Origin: Rhodothermales bacterium | Lineage (GTDB): Bacteria > Bacteroidota > Rhodothermia > Rhodothermales > Bin80 | Assembly (NCBI GenBank): GCA_958296045.1 | Contig: CATQHT010000001.1 | Span: forward strand, 965,395 to 1,029,394 | Reading direction: 5' to 3' | Length of the DNA stretch: 64,000 nucleotides | Made by a program: the position numbers and the translations under genes | In this document: positions 10,168 to 17,676 of the stretch, piece after piece | How the letters are laid out: each line of letters begins with the position of its first letter | Position numbering within the stretch: position 1 is the stretch's first letter | Notes under the pieces: model-generated | The model's input: only the letters and a program-made list of their open reading frames with translations | Database searches by the model: none | What the model was told of the DNA's origin: nothing

Positions 10168-13104
10168 ATGAATTTGTCTTGTCCGATACGCGCCTGATTG
10201 AGCGCTGGCTGCCTATTGCAGCCTTGGGTGAGGAATCGGCACGGGAGCGCCGCTCCATGACGGCCCTCCCTCCAACGTACTACCTGCATGTCTGGTGGGC
10301 TCGAAGGCCGCTTGTGGCTTCGCGAGCTGCGCTGTTGGCCTCTGTCCTGCCAGCAGATGCGGATCGCGATCGCTTTATGCACATGCTTGGCATCCACGGT
10401 GATCCGGTCGGGGCGCGCATAAGGATCAACAAGGCTAGGCAGTTGGGCAAGCGATTCAAAGGGCAAGCATATCCGTATCGGCGCGCATTCACGTATGTGC
10501 CGACTGACTCAGATGCCAACTGGGTGTTTGAGAATCTGGGAGTGGAGTTGAGCGACATCTCGGCGCTTGATCCGACGGCAGGCGGTGGGAGCATCCCATT
10601 CGAGGCTAGGAGGTTGGGGATGTCAACGCTTGCTAACGATTTAAACCCGGTATCTGCCCTGATCATGGATGCGACCATCAACTGGCCGCTCAAATACGGC
10701 GATGCCGTGGTGCAGGAGTACAGTAATCTGGCAAATCGGTTCGTGCAGGCTCGAGAAGTACATTTGGCTCCACTGTTCCCGAGTGAGGCACTGGAAGACA
10801 CGATTGCTACCAACTACCTCTGGGCACACACGGTTATCTGTCCCTACTGCTCAGGTCTGGTGCCGCTGTCGCCGAATTGGCGGCTGAATTCCAGCGGAAT
10901 AGGGATTAGGCTAAGGCCGCACTTAGGATCAGGCCCAGGCAGTATGGACCGTGTATGCGCATTTGAGGTAGTGAACAACGAGACCGATCAATCCGCGGGC
11001 ACGGTCAAGCGCGGTGTGGGCACCTGCCCTTTTCCAGACTGCGAGCGCGTAATCAGCGGTAATATAATCAAGAGCCAGGCACAGGCTGGTAGGATGGGCG
11101 AACAGCTTTATGCCGTGATCACCAAGACGCGCATTAGAGTTACGTTGAAGTCGGGACGCCGGGGTAAGGACAAGTGGAAGCGTGGTTTTCGTGCGCCATG
11201 TCCAGAGGATGACAATAGCGCGGCGGTATCAGCTATGCTGGACCAGAAGCTGCCCGAATGGGAGGTGCGCGATATTGTGCCCAGCGAGCGATTTCCGTCT
11301 GATGGTAACGATCTTCGACCGATCACTTACGGCATGCCACTGTGGCGTGATCTCTTTTCCCCCCGTCAGTTGCTTTGCCATGGCACCAGCGTGGAGGTGT
11401 ACCGGGAGATGCTCTCAGCCGATCGCGCCCGGGGCACCCTCAGCGAGCTGCAGGAGGCCGCCTACGGGTACCTAGCCCTTGCCTTGGACAAGCTCTGTTA
11501 CTTCAACTCCCGTATGTGCGTGTGGAATTCGTACAGGAGTGTAATCGGCAACACGTTTGCACGGCACGACATACTCATTCAAGTGGTCCTATGTGGAGAT
11601 GGCCCCGTTGGTCGCCGGGATAGGCTACGACTGGGCTGTTCGTCAGACCGCCAAATGCATCAGGGAGCTGGTGGCCCTCATCCGCCCGAGTAGCAATGGG
11701 TCTCCGACCAGCGGAATGTTCGAGTCCGAGGCAGACGAGTCAAGTCGACTGACACCGGTCATCGTATCGTGTAAGAGTGGCGATAACCTGGACCATGTGG
11801 CAGACGGCAGCATCGACGTAATCGTGATGGACCCGCCCTACTACGACAACGTCATGTATGCGGAGCTTTCGGACTTCTTCTACGTCTGGCTCAAACGCAC
11901 CGCGGGATACGTATATCCCCTGCTCTTTCGCAGGCATCTGACGGACAAGGACAGCGAGGCGGTCGCCAACCCGGCCAGATTCGCTGGCCAGAAAGGCGCC
12001 CGCAAGCTCGCCAGCCAAGACTACCGAGAGCGGATGGCATCCATCTTCGCCGAATGTCACCGTACGCTCAAGGCAGACGGCATCATGACCGTCATGTTTA
12101 CACACAAGGCGAGTGGTGCATGGGATGCGTTGACTCAGGCATTGATGGAGGCGGGCTTCACCATCACCGCTTCTTGGCCGATCAACACAGAGGCAGCCTC
12201 GAGCCTGCACATACGGGACAAGGCGGCGGCTCGCAGCACGATTTTTCTTGTTTGCCGTCTGCGCAAGGCGCAGCAGGATGCCAGGGGGTACTACTGGGAA
12301 GATGTGGAGCCGCGCGTGAGCCAAGCGGTGCGCGACCGAATCAGTGATTTTCGTGAGGCGGGCATCGCAGGAGTGGACCTGTATTTGGCCTCGTTCGGGC
12401 CAGCGCTGGGAGAATTTTCTCGCCACTGGCCACTCAGAAGAGGAACACCCAAGAGTCCGCCACACGGAGATAAGAGCGCTGATGCAGATCCGTACGCAAC
12501 CACGCCGGATGATGCACTTCAAGCCGCCAGGCGCGAGGTAAAGCAGTGGCGCATGGACCAACTGCTGACATTGAAGGGCAAGGAGGAACTGGATTCGCCT
12601 ACGGCTTTCTATGTCCTGGCGTGGGATACCTTCCGGGCACCCAAATTCTCGTACGACGAAGCGCTCTTGCTAGCGCATGCCGTGGGTGCGAATCTGGACC
12701 GCGACGTGAAGGGGCGCACCGCCATTAAGCAAGGTAGCTACCTGGTCCTCCTTGACAGCAGTCAGCGTGCGCGCCGCGGCACGCTCGGGCCGCCTGACGG
12801 CAAGCGCGGCATGATAGACGCAATCCATCACGCCGCCAACGTCGCACGCACCACATCACTGTCCGACGCGAAAGAGCTGCTGCAGAAAGACGTCAACCTG
12901 CTCGAGGAACGCGGCTTTCAGGTCGCGCTGCAGGCAGTGCTGGAGGTGCTGCCGCCGTCAGCCAAATTCACGGGTATAGACCTTAAGGGCGCCCTGAAAT
13001 CGGCTGGCACCGACTTTGAAACGCTGCTTGATCTTGCCCGCCTTTACCTGCCAGAGGTGATACGCCGGCCCAAGCAGCTTAGGATGTTTGATGAAGTGAC
13101 ATGA
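10164..13104 (+). pseudogene. DUF1156-type Zn-ribbon adenine-specific DNA methyltransferase, interrupted by a +1 frameshift (two ORFs 10128-11693 and 11557-13104)
   Basis: N-terminal half: WWARRPLVASRAA (DUF1156 hallmark), AdoMet motif LDPTAGGGSIPFEARRLG, and Cys pairs CPYCSG / CPFPDC. C-terminal half, in another frame: catalytic VIVMDPPYYDN. The two ORFs overlap at 11557-11693. The sequence reads through sensibly (..GNTFARHD|YSFKWSYVEMAP..) if one nt near 11571 is removed. Confidence 0.8.
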
Positions 13105-16100
13105 GCAGGCTCAGAGACACGGAATGGGGGTATCAGTATACACCAGACAGCTGTGACATTATTCAAGAATTCTACGTCCCCGTGCTCAGGCGGGCACAGC
13201 TGTACCAGAGAACTGCTGGGTATTTCAGCGCCAAAGCACTGGCGCTGGCGGCAAGAGGCATCGAAGGACTAATAAAGAAAGACGGGCGCATGCAGCTCAT
13301 TGTCGGCTGTACACTGGAAAAGCGGGAGGTTGAGGCCATCCAGCGCGGCGAAGAGCTGCGCGCCTGCCTAGAGCGACGGGCAATACGGCTGCCACTTAAT
13401 CCCGGTGACAATTCCATGCACGGCGCGCTCGAACTGCTGTCGTGGATGGTGGCAAACCGATACCTCGAAGTCAAGGTCGCCGTGCCCTGTGACAGCCGAC
13501 GCCAGCCCGTGCCCGGCGACTTGTACCACGAAAAGACCGGCATCATCGCCGACAGTTACGGCGACATAATTGGCTGGACCGGGAGCCTCAATGAGACGGC
13601 AGCCGGCTGGGGGCACAACTGGGAGCGCATTAGTGTTTCAATCAGTTGGGAAGGCTGCAGAGAGCGCAAGCGGGTTCGAGAATTCCAGGCTGACTTTGAA
13701 AGGCAGTGGGCTGACCGGACATCTCACCTTCTGGTTATGGACATGCCGGAAGTCATGCGACGGGACCTGATGCGCTTTGAGCCCAAAAGTCACCTGCCTG
13801 ACCGCATCGATCCCAAGAAGACGTTGCGACTAGACCCGCAGGTAATCGCCAACTGGCGCGCAAAGGTTTGGGCATTCATCGGGCGGGCGCCCCGGATGCC
13901 CGCTGGCGGAAAGCACATGGGCGAAGAGACGTGTCCCATCACGCCATGGCCACACCAGAGCCTTGCATTCGGTCGCATGTACGATCACTGGCCCCCAAGA
14001 CTGCTAATCGCCGACGAAGTGGGGCTCGGAAAAACCATCCAGGCTGGACTGCTGCTGCGCCAAGCATGGCTGTCCCGACGCGCCCGCCGAATACTCATCC
14101 TTGCCCCAAAGGCCCTTCTTCGGCAGTGGCAGATTGAGTTGCGGGAAAAGTTCAACCTTAGCTGGCCCATCTACGACGGTTCACACCTGGTCTGGTACGA
14201 TCCACGCGGCGAACAGGCTGGCACAAGAAAGGCCGTCAGTCGCAACTCCTGGCACCAGGAACCCGCCGTGTTGGCATCCAGCCAACTTGTTCGGCGCAAG
14301 GACCGGGCTGAAGAGGTTTGCAACAACGCCACACCTTGGGACCTGATCGTACTTGACGAAGCACATCACGCGCGTCGACGTAGCGCCGGGTCCAAGCAAG
14401 AAGGCCCACCCAACCTGTTACTGGCGCTCATGCAAAAGCTGAAAGAGCGCTGCGAAGGTTTGGTACTACTTACGGCTACACCCATGCAGATAGCGCCTAT
14501 TGAGGTCTGGGACCTGCTCAACCTTCTGGGAATGCCACTTGAATGGAGTGAGGAGAGCTTTCTGAAGTTCTTCCGCAGCGCTAACTCAGATGATCCATCA
14601 CCCGAGTTGCTGATTGGCCTAGCCCCCCTCTTTAGAGCCGTAGAGCGGGAGTTTGGCAAGATGCAGGACGCTAATGCTCATGGTAACCATAAGGTGTCTC
14701 GTATCAGGGTTAGCAGAGTGCAGCGGGCACTGAGAGATACGGCCACCATCCCTACGAAGCGACTGAATGCTAAAGAAAGACAGGTTGCCTTGCAGGTGAT
14801 GTGTGCGAATACGCCGGTGCGCCGACTGATTTCGCGGCACACCAGGAAACTGCTTCGCTCCTATCACAAAGAGGGACGCATAGACTCGCCCATTGCCGAT
14901 CGTCAGGTCGAGGATAACTTTCTGGAGTTATCCAAAGGTGAGTCGCAACTGTATTCCATGGTAGAGCAATACATTCGCAGAGTCTACAAGCGAGCTACCG
15001 GGAAACACCGATCTGTAGTCGGACTGGTGATGGTCATCTACCGGCGCCGCCTCGCAAGCAGCCTTCGAGCGCTGCGCGAGACACTTGCCAAGCGGCAAGC
15101 ATCACTGGAAGCAGGCAAGTACCACGTTGTAGGAGATGATTTGTCTCATGTGGAGAGCGTTACGGAAGATGATCCAGATGGCCCAGACGAACTGGTAGCC
15201 ATGGAACACGATCCACTCCGATTTGAGGAAGTCAGCACCATCCGCGACTTACTGCATCATGTGGACTCCCTGCCTCCAGACACCAAAGCACGCGCGCTAT
15301 GCGCCACAATTACAGCGCTGCGCCAGGAGGATTACGAGCAGGTGATGGTGTTCACGCAGTACACCGATACCATGGACTTTCTGCGAGATGAATTGACCAC
15401 CTCGCTCACCCTGCGCATCATGTGCTTCTCGGGACGAGGAGGCGAAGTCCCTGACTTTGGTGGGTCCTGGCATACCATCAAGCGCGACGAGGCAAAGGAG
15501 AAATTCAGACGCTATGAAGCTGATGTGTTGCTTTGCACCGAGGCGGCCGCTGAGGGACTCAACTTTCAGTTCTGCGGTGCGCTCATCAATTACGACATGC
15601 CGTGGAATCCGATGAAGGTGGAACAGCGTATCGGGCGGATCGATCGTGTCGGACAAAAGCATCAAACAGTCAGAATCGTTAACCTTCTCTACAAGGGCAC
15701 CATTGAGTCCGATGTGTACATTGCACTCCGCTCCCGCATCAAGCTCTTCGAGGACATCGTAGGGCACCTGCAGCCGATCCTGTCAAGGGTTGCCCGCACA
15801 ATCGACAAGAGGGTGCTTGAAGGCGGGAAACCGGACGGTTTTGATGCTGAGGTATTTGCAGAGGAAGCAGAAGACCTACTCGATCTGGAGTCCATGACCG
15901 CTGCTCCTTTGAGCGTGCCCGAGCGTTTACCGTCGCCAGTCACGATGGATGACCTCGACCATATTCTTCGCATGCCCGAGCTGCTGCCAATGGGCTATGA
16001 GGTAAGGCGGCTTGGACCCCGCGAATACGATTTGAAGTATCCTGACGCGGAGCAACGGGTGCGGATTACTACGAATCCCCAGCACTATGAGCAGCATTCG

Positions 16101-16292
16101 GATAATGTGCAATTGTGGTCTCCCGGTAATCTGGCCTTTGACAATGCTGTTCGCGCAACCGAGAGGCCGAATGCTGACCCCACGTTCACCAGTCTGAGTG
16201 ACTTGCTCGAAGCCTACCGGAGCGAAGTATTCAGCACGCCGGCTGCTGGTGTCACGCCAATCGCGAACGGTCTGATTGCATCGACACTTTAG
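13101..16292 (+). CDS. PLD (HKD) nuclease-domain / SNF2-family helicase fusion protein
   Basis: Single HKD motif YHEKTGIIAD...WTGSLNETA in the N-terminal ~200 aa. SNF2 motifs follow: LIADEVGLGKTIQAG (I), LIVLDEAHHARR (II), LLLTATPMQ (III) and VEQRIGRIDRVGQ (VI). The ATGA overlap with the methylase gene is at 13101-13104. Confidence 0.85.
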   Translation: MSRLRDTEWGYQYTPDSCDIIQEFYVPVLRRAQLYQRTAGYFSAKALALAARGIEGLIKKDGRMQLIVGCTLEKREVEAIQRGEELRACLERRAIRLPLNPGDNSMHGALELLSWMVANRYLEVKVAVPCDSRRQPVPGDLYHEKTGIIADSYGDIIGWTGSLNETAAGWGHNWERISVSISWEGCRERKRVREFQADFERQWADRTSHLLVMDMPEVMRRDLMRFEPKSHLPDRIDPKKTLRLDPQVIANWRAKVWAFIGRAPRMPAGGKHMGEETCPITPWPHQSLAFGRMYDHWPPRLLIADEVGLGKTIQAGLLLRQAWLSRRARRILILAPKALLRQWQIELREKFNLSWPIYDGSHLVWYDPRGEQAGTRKAVSRNSWHQEPAVLASSQLVRRKDRAEEVCNNATPWDLIVLDEAHHARRRSAGSKQEGPPNLLLALMQKLKERCEGLVLLTATPMQIAPIEVWDLLNLLGMPLEWSEESFLKFFRSANSDDPSPELLIGLAPLFRAVEREFGKMQDANAHGNHKVSRIRVSRVQRALRDTATIPTKRLNAKERQVALQVMCANTPVRRLISRHTRKLLRSYHKEGRIDSPIADRQVEDNFLELSKGESQLYSMVEQYIRRVYKRATGKHRSVVGLVMVIYRRRLASSLRALRETLAKRQASLEAGKYHVVGDDLSHVESVTEDDPDGPDELVAMEHDPLRFEEVSTIRDLLHHVDSLPPDTKARALCATITALRQEDYEQVMVFTQYTDTMDFLRDELTTSLTLRIMCFSGRGGEVPDFGGSWHTIKRDEAKEKFRRYEADVLLCTEAAAEGLNFQFCGALINYDMPWNPMKVEQRIGRIDRVGQKHQTVRIVNLLYKGTIESDVYIALRSRIKLFEDIVGHLQPILSRVARTIDKRVLEGGKPDGFDAEVFAEEAEDLLDLESMTAAPLSVPERLPSPVTMDDLDHILRMPELLPMGYEVRRLGPREYDLKYPDAEQRVRITTNPQHYEQHSDNVQLWSPGNLAFDNAVRATERPNADPTFTSLSDLLEAYRSEVFSTPAAGVTPIANGLIASTL

Positions 16293-16386
16293 ATAATGAT
16301 GCACGCGGGGACTTGCCTGAAGCCGCATGCTCCGCTGCCATTGCCATCCCGGCTTGGCTTTACACAAATCTAACTGAGCTATACCC

Positions 16387-17676
16387 ATGATTTCGTTATT
16401 AGCCATTGCCGACGCTCATATCGGGCGTTATCCTTCTAGGGTACCGCGCGATCAGAAGGAATACTCCATCTCGGAAGTCTGGATGGAATCCATCGATTAT
16501 GCCATTGAGCATGGCGTCCATGCCGTTGTGCTTGCAGGCGACATCATCGACACCGCGAACAGGTACTTTGAAGCCTTCGGTCCCCTGCGCAGAGGGGTAA
16601 CCAAGCTCACTAACGCAGGCATCCCCGTATTCGCAGTCGCGGGTAACCATGACTACAATGTGCTGCCCCGCCTAGCCGACGACATGGGCCGAGAACGCTT
16701 CTGCCTCCTCGGGCGCGGTGGTAAATGGGAAACTGTCCCACTACAAGTCGATAGCCAGGTGGTAGCACAGATCGTGGGATGGTCCTTTCCCAGTGAAGAA
16801 TGCCGAACGTCACCGCTGGACACGTTTCCTGGAGTCTCTTCGGAGGAGCCCTTGATCGGCCTAATTCATGGTGACCTGGATGCCAGAGATTCCCATTATG
16901 CACCGCTCGCGCTGCCCGATCTGCAGCGGCAATCTGTAGCTGTGTGGATTCTCGGCCATATACATACATCCAGATACGTTGCCACCGGTGGCGTGCCCGT
17001 CCTGTACCCAGGTTCGCTGCAAGCGCTTGACCCAGGTGAACCTAGTGACCACGGACCATGGTTGGTGGAAATTGATGCGGGTGGGCACGTGGAAGCAAAG
17101 CAATTACCTATAGCCACGGTCCGGTACGTCACGTTAATCATAGATCTGACCGATGTCTCAAGTGAGTCCGAAGCTCAGTCGCTGATCACTGAGAAAGTTA
17201 CACTCGATTCGGATCGCCTCAGCCAGAACTATCCGTCACTGCGCCATGCCTCCTATCGCCTTACCCTGGTGGGTGCAACGCCCGCACACAGGGCGCTGTC
17301 GCTCACGGATTGGGCCAACATTGGATATCTGGATATCGAGCACGGCGACCTCCAAACCTCCGTGGATCGCGTGTTCGTGGAAACTGTGCCAGCCCGCAAC
17401 CTGAAGGACATCGCTCGGTTGAGCGATCCGCCTGCAATGGTCGCCGGATGGGTCCTCGAGTTGGATAACATGCAAGAAGATCTGGATCTCTCCCCCGATT
17501 GCCAAGACCTGCTTCAGCAGGCCACCGAAGAAGCCAACAAGGTCATTTCTCAGTCGAGATACCGGCAGTTGCAGGGGACCTCGATACATAGCAGCGACGT
17601 TGCCCGCCTGCTCGTCTCTAAGGGCAGACTCCTGGTTGACACCCTAATGGCTCAGAAAGACGATTCTCATGAGTAA
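16387..17676 (+). CDS. Mre11/SbcD-like calcineurin-type metallophosphoesterase (YhaO-like)
   Basis: Phosphoesterase motifs in canonical order: IADAHIG, LAGDIID, VAGNHDY, LIHGD, LGHIHT. An 8-nt overlap (ATGAGTAA) joins it to the downstream ATPase gene. Confidence 0.8.
   Translation: MISLLAIADAHIGRYPSRVPRDQKEYSISEVWMESIDYAIEHGVHAVVLAGDIIDTANRYFEAFGPLRRGVTKLTNAGIPVFAVAGNHDYNVLPRLADDMGRERFCLLGRGGKWETVPLQVDSQVVAQIVGWSFPSEECRTSPLDTFPGVSSEEPLIGLIHGDLDARDSHYAPLALPDLQRQSVAVWILGHIHTSRYVATGGVPVLYPGSLQALDPGEPSDHGPWLVEIDAGGHVEAKQLPIATVRYVTLIIDLTDVSSESEAQSLITEKVTLDSDRLSQNYPSLRHASYRLTLVGATPAHRALSLTDWANIGYLDIEHGDLQTSVDRVFVETVPARNLKDIARLSDPPAMVAGWVLELDNMQEDLDLSPDCQDLLQQATEEANKVISQSRYRQLQGTSIHSSDVARLLVSKGRLLVDTLMAQKDDSHE

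Noticed and set aside
6704-16292. Classifying the module as BREX or DISARM.
   Set aside because: DUF499 recalls BrxC, and PLD plus SNF2 recall DrmC/DrmD. However, no PglZ, PglX-type methylase, BrxA/B/L, or DrmA/DrmB (DUF1998) genes are present. The methylase is DUF1156-type and PLD is fused to SNF2. The PhoD-like phosphatase at 23.4 kb is a secreted lipoprotein beyond an IS remnant, not a PglZ.
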